Shown here piece after piece: positions 1 to 9,037 of a DNA stretch of 64,000 nucleotides (the first letter of the stretch is position 1; each line of letters starts with the position of its first letter). Below the pieces are notes generated by a model. The model saw nothing but the letters and a program-made list of their open reading frames with translations. It did no database searches and had not been told where the DNA came from. The position numbers and the translations under genes were made by a program. This DNA is from an uncultured Bifidobacteriaceae bacterium. Its GTDB lineage: Bacteria > Acidobacteriota > Vicinamibacteria > Vicinamibacterales > JAENWD01. Where the stretch lies: the NCBI GenBank assembly GCA_964446605.1, contig CAYUPN010000001.1, positions 71,692 through 135,691 of the forward strand. Reading direction: 5' to 3'.

Positions 1-1025
1 CGCTCGGCCGCGCGGTTGAACGTCCGGATCGTGCCGTCCCGATCGAGACTCAGGATGACGTAGCTCGTGCTGTCGAGGATGCCGCGCTGGACGGCCATCG
101 TGTCGCGCAGGGCCGCCTCGATCCGGGTGCGCTCCGCGATCTCGCTGGCCAGCGTCGCGTTCGTCCGCTTCTCGCGGCGGGCGCGCTCGGCGGAGGTGCG
201 AGCCAGATAGACGGCCCCGCCGAGGGAGCCGCCGAGCAGCAGCCCGAAGACGAGCACGACGATCGGCAGGCTCATCATGCCCGCCGACGGCGACCCCGGC
301 GCCATCAGCACGCGCCAGGCCGCCCCGGGCAGCTCGATGCTGGCCTCGCCGGGGGCAAGACCGGCGGGGAAGTCTCCGTTGTCATAGACGACTTCGTCCC
401 CGGCGACGAGGCGCATGCCATGCAGGGTGCGCTCGTACAGCGGGTCGAGCATCGCGGTGATGCTGTGGGACGCCACGAGAAGGCCGCCGTTCGGAATCGG
501 CGCGGCCAGCCGGAAGGTCCAGATACCGGGAGCGGCCTGGACGGGCGGCATCACGACGGGCGTCCCGGCGCTGCGGGCTTCGACCATGGCGGTCGCCAGG
601 CCGTCACGCGGGGCAGGGACCCTGGCGCTGCCGACCGTGCTCCAGCCGGCCCGGAGCCGCGCGTCGAAGATCTGGATGGAGGCGTACGGGTCGCGGGAAT
701 CGCGCAGGTGGGCGAGCGCGTCCGCCTGCCAGTCGGCCTCGGTCGGGTAGAGCCCCTGTCCGAGCCGGTCGGCCAGCCGGACGTAGCTCTGCGACCAGAG
801 GCGGAGCACGGTGGCGAGCTCGTCACGCCGGCCGGCCGTTTCGCGCTCGATGCGCTCGCGCCACAGCCGGTGCTCGGTTCGCTCAACCGCCCGCGCCAGC
901 CCGATGGACAACCCCACGACCGTCAGGGTGAACACCACCGGGACGACGTGGAACCGCTGCAGCAGACGTCTGATGGCGCCGGCGCGGGCGCCTCGAGTTT
1001 CCGTGTCGTGGTCGGCCGGGGGCAC
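1..1025 (-). CDS. Membrane sensor protein, N-terminal ~340 aa (TM1, periplasmic domain, TM2, linker, start of a PAS domain). Probably a sensor histidine kinase. The C-terminus lies beyond the window edge.
   Basis: My own translation of the minus strand; this frame is absent from the ORF track because it runs off the edge. It reads AIRRLLQRFHVVPVVFTLTVVGLSIG (TM1), then ~200 aa, then GMMSLPIVVLVFGLLLGGSLGG (TM2, ~210-280), then RGILDSTSYVILSLDRDGTIRTFNRAAER (PAS-like, 1-90). There is an in-frame TAG at 1185-1187. Candidate GTG starts are at 1025, 1055 and 1085. GC3 is strong. The + strand ORFs at 415-1175 are Arg/Pro/Gly-rich off-frame artefacts. Confidence 0.6.
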   Translation of the reverse strand, partial: MPPADHDTETRGARAGAIRRLLQRFHVVPVVFTLTVVGLSIGLARAVERTEHRLWRERIERETAGRRDELATVLRLWSQSYVRLADRLGQGLYPTEADWQADALAHLRDSRDPYASIQIFDARLRAGWSTVGSARVPAPRDGLATAMVEARSAGTPVVMPPVQAAPGIWTFRLAAPIPNGGLLVASHSITAMLDPLYERTLHGMRLVAGDEVVYDNGDFPAGLAPGEASIELPGAAWRVLMAPGSPSAGMMSLPIVVLVFGLLLGGSLGGAVYLARTSAERARREKRTNATLASEIAERTRIEAALRDTMAVQRGILDSTSYVILSLDRDGTIRTFNRAAE

Positions 1026-1197
1026 CCCGCGCTCCTGTCCAAGTGCCGCCCGCACAGACGGCGGACCGACACCACTTCGCCCCACTATCGGCCCGAAACC
1101 GCGGGTCGTGCAGGGATTGCCCGGTCCCGGGCAAGGAGCGGGCCAGGTCGGGGCGGGCGCCTGCCGGGGTCTTGAGCGGGGATGCTACGATCGGAGG

Positions 1198-1692
1198 GTG
1201 AGTGCCCGAACGGAACTGGCGCGTGGGGCAGCCCTGGTCCTCGTGGCCGGCGTGACGGTCGCATGCGCGGGCGACACGCCGCGCCAGGTGGCCGCGCCCG
1301 CGAGGCAGACCCCGCCGTCGGCGGCCAACCCCGCCGCCCCGGACGTCGAGCCGATCGAGGTCGTCCGAGCGGAGGTTCCCCCGCCCGTCGTGGAGCGGAA
1401 CCCGTTCCGGTTCGAGCGCCGCGGCGGCGACACGCCCCGGGATCGGTCGCTGCCACCGGCCGACGCGCTGCCGGAGCTCCCGTTCCCGGTTCCGCCTCCG
1501 CTGCGTCTCCTGGGTATCGCGACCGAGGAGGACGGCCAGCGGGTCGCCGTCATCTCCTCGGCGGGTGACCTGGTGCTGGCGCGGGTGGGCGACCGGCTTG
1601 CCGGCGGGTTCTCCGTCGCGCGCATCGCTCCGGATGGCGTCGAGCTGGGAGCGCCCCCCGGCGGCCGGGCGCTGCGTCTCTCCCTACCCTAG
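1198..1692 (+). CDS. Small lipoprotein with a PilP/GspC-like C-terminal domain
   Basis: This is the distal part of ORF 811..1692. An in-frame GTG at 1198 gives VSARTELARGAALVLVAGVTVAC, a signal peptide with a lipobox Cys. A Pro-rich linker follows. The C-terminus, LRLLGIATEEDGQRVAVISSAGDLVLARVGDRLAGGFSVARIAPDGVEL, resembles the PilP/GspC beta-domain pattern. The start is uncertain. Confidence 0.45.
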   Translation: MSARTELARGAALVLVAGVTVACAGDTPRQVAAPARQTPPSAANPAAPDVEPIEVVRAEVPPPVVERNPFRFERRGGDTPRDRSLPPADALPELPFPVPPPLRLLGIATEEDGQRVAVISSAGDLVLARVGDRLAGGFSVARIAPDGVELGAPPGGRALRLSLP

Positions 1693-3267
1693 GTGAACGA
1701 CCTCGGCCGAACGGACGGCCGGGATCGCCCGCAGCTCCTTCAGCACGGCCTCGGTCACGCGGTCGGCTTCGTCCACCGACACCACGCCGACCGCGCCCTC
1801 GGGGCTTCGTCCCAGCGCGAAGTTCGCGACATTGATCTGGTGCCGGCCGAGCACCGTGCCGACCGCGCCGATGACGCCCGGTTCGTCGTGGTTCTTGATG
1901 ACGATCTGCGTGCCGGACAGCGGCGCGTCGACGGGCACGCCGTCGAGCAGCACCAGCCGGCCGCCGCCGTGCTCGAAGACCGCCCCCTCCACCCAGCGCT
2001 CGCCGGCGCTGGTGTGCAGCTTCACGGACAGCAGGCTCGTGTAGTCACGCACGCGCGAGCTCCGCGACTCGATCACCTCGATGCCCCGGTCCGCGGCGAT
2101 GTCCTTCGCGTTCACCGGCGTGACACCGCCGGAGACGATGCGCGTGAAGACCCCGACCAGCACCGACCGCGTGAGCACGTCGATGCGTCCGTCGGCGAGC
2201 TCGCCGTAGTAGCGCACGCCGATGGCCGTCATGCGCGCCTCGCCCATCTGCGCGACGAGCGAGCCGAGCCGCTCGGCCACTTCGAGCCAGGGGCGCAGCC
2301 GGGTGAAGTCGTCCGGCGACAGCGACGGCAGGTTCACCGCGTTGCGGATGATGCCGTCGCGGAGGTAGTCGCGGACGGCGGCGGCGGTCTCGACGCCGAC
2401 CAGCTCCTGGGCCTCGGCCGTCGACGCCGCGATGTGGGGCGACGCGACGACGGACGGCAGCTGCGCGAGCGTCCAGTCGGCCGGCGGCTCCTGCTGGAAG
2501 ACGTCGAGCGCCGCGCCGGCGACATGGCCGCTCGTCAGCGCCTCGGCCAGCGCCGCCTCGTCGATCAGCTCGCCGCGTGCGGTGTTGATGATGCGAATCC
2601 CCTTGCGGCAGCGGGCGAGCCGCTCGGCGTTGAGGAGATGCCGCGTCTGCGGCGTCACCGGCAGATGCAGCGAAAGGAAGTCGGCTTCCGCGCAGACCTC
2701 ATCGAGCGACGCCAGGCGCGCGCCGAGCTGTTCGGCGAGCTCCGCGGAGATGAACGGGTCGTGCGCGACGATGGCCATCTCGAACGCGCGGGCCCGGGCC
2801 GCGACCTCCTGGCCGATGCGGCCGAGGCCGATGAGCCCGAGCGTCTTGCCGCGCAGCTCCATGCCGGCGAACTTCTTCTTCTCCCACTTCTGCGACTTCA
2901 TCGCCGCGTCGGCGGCGGGAAGGTTGCGCGCGAGCGCGAGCATCTGGCCGAGGGCGAGCTCCGCGACGCTGATGCTGTTGGCGCCCGGGGCGTTCATGAC
3001 CACGATGCCGCGGGCGCTGGCGGTGTCGAGGTCGACGTTGTCCACGCCGGTGCCGGCCCGGGCGATCACCCGGAGCCGGGGCGCGGCCTCGATGACGGCG
3101 CGCGTGACCTTGGTCGCGCTGCGCACGACGAGCGCATCGGCGTCGGCCACGGCGGCGAGCAGGTCGGGCAGCGGGCGTCCGGGAGTGGCATCGACGGTCC
3201 ATCCGTCGATGGCGGTCAGGAGCGTGACGGCGGAGCGGGGCAGATCATCGGCGATGACGATTTTCAT
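1684..3267 (-). CDS. serA: D-3-phosphoglycerate dehydrogenase with a C-terminal ACT domain
   Basis: 527 aa. It has a 2-hydroxyacid dehydrogenase fold (GLIGLGRIGQEVA NAD site, RGELID, PHIAAST) and a C-terminal ACT-like region (HDEPGVIGAVGTVLGRHQINVANFALGR). Confidence 0.93.
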   Translation of the reverse strand: MKIVIADDLPRSAVTLLTAIDGWTVDATPGRPLPDLLAAVADADALVVRSATKVTRAVIEAAPRLRVIARAGTGVDNVDLDTASARGIVVMNAPGANSISVAELALGQMLALARNLPAADAAMKSQKWEKKKFAGMELRGKTLGLIGLGRIGQEVAARARAFEMAIVAHDPFISAELAEQLGARLASLDEVCAEADFLSLHLPVTPQTRHLLNAERLARCRKGIRIINTARGELIDEAALAEALTSGHVAGAALDVFQQEPPADWTLAQLPSVVASPHIAASTAEAQELVGVETAAAVRDYLRDGIIRNAVNLPSLSPDDFTRLRPWLEVAERLGSLVAQMGEARMTAIGVRYYGELADGRIDVLTRSVLVGVFTRIVSGGVTPVNAKDIAADRGIEVIESRSSRVRDYTSLLSVKLHTSAGERWVEGAVFEHGGGRLVLLDGVPVDAPLSGTQIVIKNHDEPGVIGAVGTVLGRHQINVANFALGRSPEGAVGVVSVDEADRVTEAVLKELRAIPAVRSAEVVHLG

Positions 3268-3495
3268 CTCGTGACGTGGTCAGGAAGAATGCAGTGATGA
3301 GGGCACGTGTGGGATTCACCACGGTGTTGGCCGCGACGACACGCCGCGCCGTGGTGGACGGAAACGGTTCAAGTATAATCTGACGGTTTCGGACTCGCCG
3401 GCAAGAGCGCACCGCGCGCGCCGCCGGTCTGCCCCAGCATGGTGCAAACCGCTGCGACGCGCGACAGCTGAAGCAATTCGGGCTGCTGTGACCGG

Positions 3496-3517
3496 CTTTT
3501 CCACAGACTTTTCCACA
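3496..3517 (+). promoter_or_regulatory. Tandem direct repeat CTTTTCCACA-ga-CTTTTCCACA, about 95-115 nt upstream of the icd ATG; candidate operator
   Basis: Exact 10-nt direct repeat with 12-nt periodicity (3496-3505 and 3508-3517) in the serA/icd divergent intergenic region. Confidence 0.3.
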
Positions 3518-3611
3518 AGCAACTGTGAACGTCCGGCCTGACCGCCGGGCTGCTGCCCTAAGGCGCGGCGCCGCCGCGCTGCGGGGCATGAGGACACGGA
3601 CGACAATCGCC

Positions 3612-4847
3612 ATGCCACAATTCACGCACCTGAAGCCGCCGGTGGACGGCACGCCGCTGAGCCGCAAGAACGGTCAGCTCGTCGTGCCCGACGATCCGAT
3701 CATTCCCTTCATCGAAGGCGACGGCACGGGCCCCGACATCTGGCGCGCCAGCGTGCGCGTGTTCGATGCCGCCGTGAAGAAGGCGTACGGCGGCACGCGC
3801 CGGCTCGCCTGGTTCGAAGTGCTCGCGGGCGAGAAGGCGCGCGATCTGACGGGCGAGTGGCTGCCGAACGATACGCTCGAGGCCGTCAAGGCCTACCGCA
3901 TCGCCATCAAGGGGCCGCTGACGACACCGGTCGGCGGCGGCATCCGCAGTCTCAACGTCACGCTGCGCCAGGTGCTCGACCTCTATGCCTGCGTGCGCCC
4001 CGTTCGCTACTTCACGGGCACGCCGGCGCCGGTGACGCACCCCGAGCGGATGGACGTCGTGATCTTCCGCGAGAACACGGAGGACGTGTACTCGGGGATC
4101 GAGTACGCGAAGGGGACGGCGCAGGCCGCCAAGATCATCGAGTTCCTGTCGCGCGAGCTCGGCAAGCGCCTGCCCGAGGACTCGGGCATCGGCATCAAGC
4201 CGATTTCCGAGCGCGCGACCAAGCGCCTGGTGCGCATGGCCATCCGCTATGCGATCGAGAACAAGCGCCGCGTGGTCACGCTGGTCCACAAGGGGAACAT
4301 CATGAAGTTCACCGAGGGGGCCTTCCGTGACTGGGGCTACGAGCTCGCGAAGGACGAGTTCCGCGACCAGATCGTGACCGAGGACGAGGTGGCGCAGGGC
4401 GCGTCGCGCGACGGCAAGATCCTGATCAACGACCGGATCGCCGACAGCGTGTTCCAGCAGATCCTCACGCGGACCTCGGAGTACGACGTGTTCGCGACGC
4501 CGAACCTGAACGGCGACTACCTGTCCGACGCCTGCGCGGCGCAGGTCGGCGGGCTGGGCATGGCGCCCGGCGCCAACATCGGCGACGAGATCGCGTTCTT
4601 CGAGGCCACCCACGGCACCGCGCCGAAGTACGCCGGCAAGGACGTCATCAACCCGTCGTCCGTGATTCTGTCGGGCGTGATGATGCTCGACCATCTCGGA
4701 TGGAAGGAAGCGGCCGCCGCGATCACCAGCGCGATCGGCAAAACGATTCAGCAGAAGCGCGTCACGTACGATCTGGCCAGGCTGATGGACGGGGCGACGG
4801 AGCTGCGCACCTCGCAGTTCGCTGACGCCATCATCGAGAACCTGTGA
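3612..4847 (+). CDS. icd: NADP-dependent isocitrate dehydrogenase
   Basis: ORF 3525..4847. The body matches the prokaryotic homodimeric IDH pattern ([41 protein letters not shown]). The ATG at 3612 ([10 protein letters not shown]) gives the typical ~411-aa length. Confidence 0.93.
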   Translation: MPQFTHLKPPVDGTPLSRKNGQLVVPDDPIIPFIEGDGTGPDIWRASVRVFDAAVKKAYGGTRRLAWFEVLAGEKARDLTGEWLPNDTLEAVKAYRIAIKGPLTTPVGGGIRSLNVTLRQVLDLYACVRPVRYFTGTPAPVTHPERMDVVIFRENTEDVYSGIEYAKGTAQAAKIIEFLSRELGKRLPEDSGIGIKPISERATKRLVRMAIRYAIENKRRVVTLVHKGNIMKFTEGAFRDWGYELAKDEFRDQIVTEDEVAQGASRDGKILINDRIADSVFQQILTRTSEYDVFATPNLNGDYLSDACAAQVGGLGMAPGANIGDEIAFFEATHGTAPKYAGKDVINPSSVILSGVMMLDHLGWKEAAAAITSAIGKTIQQKRVTYDLARLMDGATELRTSQFADAIIENL

Positions 4848-4875
4848 CCGACGGCCGAGCAACGGGAGAAGACGC

Positions 4876-5802
4876 ATGAATCGCAAAGTGACGGTGGTCG
4901 GGGGCGCCGGCAACGTCGGCGCGACGGTGGCGCGCGCGATCGCCGTGAAGGAGCTGGCGGACGTCGTCCTGGTGGACATCGCCGACCAGAAGGCCAGCGG
5001 CATGGCGCTGGACATGTACCAGGCCAACCCGATTGAAGGCTCGGACAGCCGGCTCGTCGGAGGCGGCGACTTCAAGGACGCGGCCGGGTCCGACGTGGTG
5101 GTGATCACGTCGGGCGTGCCGCGCAAGCCGGGGATGAGCCGCGACGACCTGCTGCAGGTGAACTACAAGATCATGCAGCAGGTGACGGAGCAGATCGTCA
5201 CGCACTGCCCGAACGCGGTGATCGTGCCGGTGGCCAACCCGCTCGACGCGATGTGCCAGGCGGTCTACCGCCTGAGCGGGTTCCCGCGCGAGCGGGTGGT
5301 CGGCATGGCCGGCATCCTCGACTCGGCCCGCATGCGCGCGTTCCTGGCCATGGAGCTGAACGTCTCCGTGGAGAACATCCACGCCTTCGTGCTCGGCGGC
5401 CACGGTGACACGATGGTGCCGCTGCCGCGGTACTCGACGGTCGCGGGCATCCCGATCACCCAGCTGCTGCCTCAGGACCGGATCGCCGCCATCTGCGAGC
5501 GGACGGCCAACGGCGGCGCGGAGATCACGAAGCTGGTCGGGACCAGCGCGTGGTACGCGCCCGGCTCGGCCGCCGCGGAGATGGTCGAGATCATCCTGAA
5601 GGACAAGAAGAAGATCGTGCCGTGCTCAGTCTTCCTGCAGGGTGAGTACGGCATCCACGACCTGTTCGTCGGCGTGCCGGTGAAGCTCGGCGCCGGCGGC
5701 GTGCAGCAGATCGTCGAGATCGAGCTGACGGCCGAGGAGAAGGCGGCGCTGCAGAAGTCGGCCGCCGCGGTGAAGGAGCTCACGCAGGTAATTGGCGTGT
5801 AA
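4876..5802 (+). CDS. mdh: Malate dehydrogenase (LDH-like family)
   Basis: 308 aa. Motifs: [17 protein letters not shown] (NAD site), [25 protein letters not shown]. Confidence 0.93.
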   Translation: MNRKVTVVGGAGNVGATVARAIAVKELADVVLVDIADQKASGMALDMYQANPIEGSDSRLVGGGDFKDAAGSDVVVITSGVPRKPGMSRDDLLQVNYKIMQQVTEQIVTHCPNAVIVPVANPLDAMCQAVYRLSGFPRERVVGMAGILDSARMRAFLAMELNVSVENIHAFVLGGHGDTMVPLPRYSTVAGIPITQLLPQDRIAAICERTANGGAEITKLVGTSAWYAPGSAAAEMVEIILKDKKKIVPCSVFLQGEYGIHDLFVGVPVKLGAGGVQQIVEIELTAEEKAALQKSAAAVKELTQVIGV

Positions 5803-5826
5803 CAGGAACACGGGAAGCGGGAAACG

Positions 5827-5876
5827 GGAAGGGCGCGTCCGCTCGGCGGCATCAGCCTTCGCGGACGCGCCCTTCC
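5827..5876. terminator. Perfect 16-bp GC-rich hairpin between the convergent mdh and arginase genes; probable bidirectional terminator
   Basis: GGAAGGGCGCGTCCGC (5827-5842) pairs perfectly with GCGGACGCGCCCTTCC (5861-5876) across an 18-nt loop. The flanks extend it as an imperfect palindrome. Confidence 0.6.
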
Positions 5877-5922
5877 TGCTTACCGCTTTCCGTTACACGC
5901 TTCTCGTTACACGCTCCCCGTT

Positions 5923-6831
5923 TCAGAGAATCTTCTTCCCCAGCGCCGACAGCACGAGCTCCGTCCCCAGCTCGGCGGTCGTGTTCCGCACGTCCAGCGT
6001 GGGGTTCACCTCCACCATGTCGAGCGCCCGGAGCCGGCCGGAGTCGGCCATCATCTCCATCACCATGTGCGCTTCGCGGTAGTCGAGCCCGCCCTTGACC
6101 GGCGTGCCGACGCCGGGGGCGATCCCCGGATCGCAGACGTCGAGATCGAAGGAGACGTGCAGACCGGTGCCGTCCGCGCCGGCGAGGGCGATGGCCTGTT
6201 CGACCACGCTCGCGATCCCCTCCCGGTCGATGTCCTTCATCGTCAGCACGTGGATCCCGGACTCGCGGACGCGCGTCTTCTCGCGCTCGTCGAGGTTCCG
6301 CACGCCGATGAGCACCGTGCGCTCGGGCGGCACCTTCGGGGAGAAGCCTCCGATGCGCGAGAGCTCCGCCGGCTCGGGCCCGAGCAGGGCCGCCAGGGGC
6401 ATTCCGTGCACGTTGCCCGACGTCGTGCTGGACGGCGTGTTCATGTCGCCGTGGGCGTCGACCCAGATCAGCCCGATGCGCTCGCCGCGGCGTCGCGCCC
6501 ATGCGGCGGTCGCCGCAACCGAGCCGGCCGCCAGGCTGTGGTCCCCGCCGAGCACCAGCGGCAGCGCGCCGGCCTCCAGCGCCGAGCCGACCCGCTCGAA
6601 CACATCCGCGCAGACGGCCGCGATTTCGTCGATGTAGCGCTTCCGCGCATCTCCCGGGGGGCGTGTCTCCGGCGTCGGCACCTCGAGATCGCCGCAATCG
6701 ACGACGTCGTAGCCGAGGGTCGCGAGCTGCTCGTCGAGGGCGGCGATGCGGAACGCCGAGGGGCCCATGTCGACCCCCCGGCGTCCGCCGCCGAGATCGA
6801 GCGGCACGCCGATGACATGGACCGTCGGCAC
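5923..6831 (-). CDS. rocF: Arginase
   Basis: 302 aa and colinear with Bacillus RocF. Motifs: VIGVPLDLGGGRRGVDMGP, LGGDHSLA, VDAHGDMNTP, SFDLDVCDP, GTPVKGGL. Confidence 0.88.
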   Translation of the reverse strand: MPTVHVIGVPLDLGGGRRGVDMGPSAFRIAALDEQLATLGYDVVDCGDLEVPTPETRPPGDARKRYIDEIAAVCADVFERVGSALEAGALPLVLGGDHSLAAGSVAATAAWARRRGERIGLIWVDAHGDMNTPSSTTSGNVHGMPLAALLGPEPAELSRIGGFSPKVPPERTVLIGVRNLDEREKTRVRESGIHVLTMKDIDREGIASVVEQAIALAGADGTGLHVSFDLDVCDPGIAPGVGTPVKGGLDYREAHMVMEMMADSGRLRALDMVEVNPTLDVRNTTAELGTELVLSALGKKIL

Positions 6832-6835
6832 GGAG

Positions 6836-7369
6836 CTACCGTCTGGACGCCGGCGGGACGATGCCGTTCAGCCGCAGGTATACGACGCACTGGCCGTAGT
6901 GGTTGGCGGCGTTGGACATGGCTGCCCAGACGGTCCGTGCCGGCGTCGTGCCGTTCGGGCCGGTCGGCGCGGCAAGGGCGTCGTCCGACAGACCTTCCAG
7001 CACCGTCGCGCCGTAGTCGTACGAGGCGCCCAGGAAAGCGGTGACCGTCTCCCGGTCGTGGCCGGACGGCACGTCCGGAGCCGGAACCTTGCCCTCCGGA
7101 TCCAGACGCTTGAAGAGGTTCACGTTCGCCTGCCCGAGGTGATGGAGCTGCTCCCCGAAGGTGCGCTGGGCCGGCGTCGCCTTGAACTCGTACGTGTCGG
7201 CGGGCATGGCCTCCGCCACGGCTACCATCCGGGCCTTCTGCGCGTTCCAGTCCTTCAGCAGATCCGCCTTGAGCCCGCCGGTCTGCCGGGCGAGCAGCGT
7301 GCTGCCCAGAGCGCAGGCCAGCACGACGAGTGCGCCGCGGACGGCGATCGTTGGCTTTCGCATGGTCAT
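6836..7369 (-). CDS. DinB-family protein with an N-terminal signal peptide
   Basis: 177 aa. Signal-like MTMRKPTIAVRGALVVLACALGSTLLA. DinB-type helix-bundle His motifs (FGEQLHHLGQANVNLF, ANHYGQ). Confidence 0.75.
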   Translation of the reverse strand: MTMRKPTIAVRGALVVLACALGSTLLARQTGGLKADLLKDWNAQKARMVAVAEAMPADTYEFKATPAQRTFGEQLHHLGQANVNLFKRLDPEGKVPAPDVPSGHDRETVTAFLGASYDYGATVLEGLSDDALAAPTGPNGTTPARTVWAAMSNAANHYGQCVVYLRLNGIVPPASRR

Positions 7370-7402
7370 CCCTCCAGCCGGGGAACGGTTCCTTTACCGG
7401 AA

Positions 7403-8140
7403 CTACCGCCGCTTCCAGGACACCGAGACCCCCTCGCCGGAGGGGGCGACGATCGAGGTGAACAGGTCGGGGTGGCGGTGAATCGTCGCCAGAAAGTCGC
7501 CCATCTCGTCCCGCTTGTTGACGACGTTGTGGGCAACGAAGAGGCCCCCCTTCGGCATGCGGGGGAACACCAGGTCGAAGAAGCGCTGGTAGTCGCGCTT
7601 CCAGGCGTCCAGGAACACGAAGTCAAACGGCCCGTCCAGCCGGGGGATGGCCTTGAACGCGTCACCGGGGACGACCTCGACGATGTCGGAGAGGCCGGCG
7701 CGGGCGATGTTCGCCTGGGCCTCTTTCGCGCGCTCCGGGTCGTACTCGATGGTCGTCAGCCTTCCGCCGGTCTCTCGCAGCCCGAGGCCGATCCAGATGG
7801 CGCTGTACCCGCTCGCCCCTCCGATTTCGAGCGCGCGGCGCGTCCCGCTCGCCGCGACGAGAACCCGCAGGAACTCGCCGTCCTGGGGGGAGACCGCCAG
7901 CATGCCCGTGTCGGCCTTGCGGATGGCGTCGAAGACCTGCTGGACGGCGGGGGAGACTCCCTGCGGCCTCGGCTGCTGGGGCAGCCCCGGGGCCGGGACG
8001 AGCAACAGCAGTGCCGGAAGCAGGATCAGGTAAAGATGGCGAAAGGGCACCGGGGGTGGCTCCGAGGGCCCGCCGGACCCGCCCGGACGGCGGGTCGGCG
8101 GGGTCCGATGGGCAAATTCCGGGAAAATGCGTGAAATCAT
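7403..8140 (-). CDS. Class I SAM-dependent O-methyltransferase (family 3, caffeoyl-CoA OMT-like) with an N-terminal hydrophobic signal or anchor
   Basis: This is the C-terminal 245 codons of the composite ORF 7403..9247. Motifs: LEIGGASGYSAIWIGLGL (SAM motif I), FDFVFLDAWKRDY, GGLFVAHNV. ATG at 8140; an alternative GTG at 8050 immediately precedes LYLILLPALLLLVPAPG. Confidence 0.78.
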   Translation of the reverse strand: MISRIFPEFAHRTPPTRRPGGSGGPSEPPPVPFRHLYLILLPALLLLVPAPGLPQQPRPQGVSPAVQQVFDAIRKADTGMLAVSPQDGEFLRVLVAASGTRRALEIGGASGYSAIWIGLGLRETGGRLTTIEYDPERAKEAQANIARAGLSDIVEVVPGDAFKAIPRLDGPFDFVFLDAWKRDYQRFFDLVFPRMPKGGLFVAHNVVNKRDEMGDFLATIHRHPDLFTSIVAPSGEGVSVSWKRR

Positions 8141-8173
8141 TGCAGAAACGGCCAGAGGCGTGCTCGAGCGTTC

Positions 8174-9031
8174 GTGTATAGTATGCGATTTGTTCACGTC
8201 CCCGCCGGGAGGCCCTCGTTGAGTCCCATTCTCGTTCGCCCTGTCCGCGAGCAGCTCGAGCACGACCGGGTGATTCGACTCCTGCCCCAGGAGCTGGCCA
8301 GCCGCAAGGTCGAGGTGGCCATCAACCCGGGCAGCGAGCAGAACGCATCGGTCGGCAGCGGCCGGAAGGACTACCCGGACGCCCTGATTTACTCGACCGA
8401 CAAGGGGCGCCGTCTCATCGGCGTCATCGAGGTCGAGACGGGGGAGTCGGTCAACAACCTGGAGGCGACCTGGCAGTGGGCTCAGCTGGCGCGCCTCAAG
8501 GTGCCGTTCCATCTGTACGTGCCGATGTCGGCCGTCGACGTCGCCCGGCGCCTGAGCGTGGCCAATCGCATCCCGGTGGCGGAGATCTGGTCGTACCACA
8601 CGATCGGGGACCAGATGAAGTTCACGCTCATCCATCGCGACGCCGAAGCGGCGGCGCTGCCTCCGGCGCCTGCCGAGCGGCCGGCTCGCCGGCCCGCCGC
8701 GAAGCCGAAAGCCGCCAGCCAGCCGGCCGCGAAGGCGGCGCGCCGCACGTCCGCCGCGCCCGCCAAGCGCGCGGCGCCGGCTCCGGCCAAGCGGACCGCC
8801 GGTGGGCGGACGGCCAAGGCAGCCGCGCGGAATGGATCCGCCGCACGCGGCGGCTCGAAAGCCACGAAAACCGCACGGCCGGCGCGCCGGCCGGCGACCG
8901 TCGCCAAGACCGCCAAGAAGACGGCCATCAAGAAGGCGACGCCCCGCCGCGCCGCCACCAAGTCGACGGCCCGCCGAACCACGAAGGCCAGCAGCCGTCC
9001 GGTCCGGAGCGCCAAGCGCAGCAGCAAGTAG
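8174..9031 (+). CDS. Hypothetical protein: N-terminal ~150-aa domain with a PD-(D/E)xK-nuclease-like motif pattern, fused to a ~130-aa Ala/Lys/Pro/Arg-rich histone-H1-like tail
   Basis: 285-aa ORF. YPDALIY...LIGVIEVETGES resembles the D...(D/E)xK core strands of restriction-endonuclease-fold proteins. The tail reads PAAKPKAASQPAAKAARR...AKKTAIKKATPRRAATK. A better start is probably TTG at 8219, 6 nt after GGGAGG (8207-8212). Confidence 0.6.
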   Translation: MYSMRFVHVPAGRPSLSPILVRPVREQLEHDRVIRLLPQELASRKVEVAINPGSEQNASVGSGRKDYPDALIYSTDKGRRLIGVIEVETGESVNNLEATWQWAQLARLKVPFHLYVPMSAVDVARRLSVANRIPVAEIWSYHTIGDQMKFTLIHRDAEAAALPPAPAERPARRPAAKPKAASQPAAKAARRTSAAPAKRAAPAPAKRTAGGRTAKAAARNGSAARGGSKATKTARPARRPATVAKTAKKTAIKKATPRRAATKSTARRTTKASSRPVRSAKRSSK

Positions 9032-9037
9032 AGTCCG

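Noticed and set aside
415-1692. Plus- and minus-strand ORFs at 415..750, 420..1175, 551..886, 883..1134 and 1085..1456.
   Set aside because: They are Arg/Pro/Gly-rich. The region is better explained by a minus-strand membrane sensor gene, which is not in the track because it is truncated at the edge, and by the lipoprotein starting at 1198.
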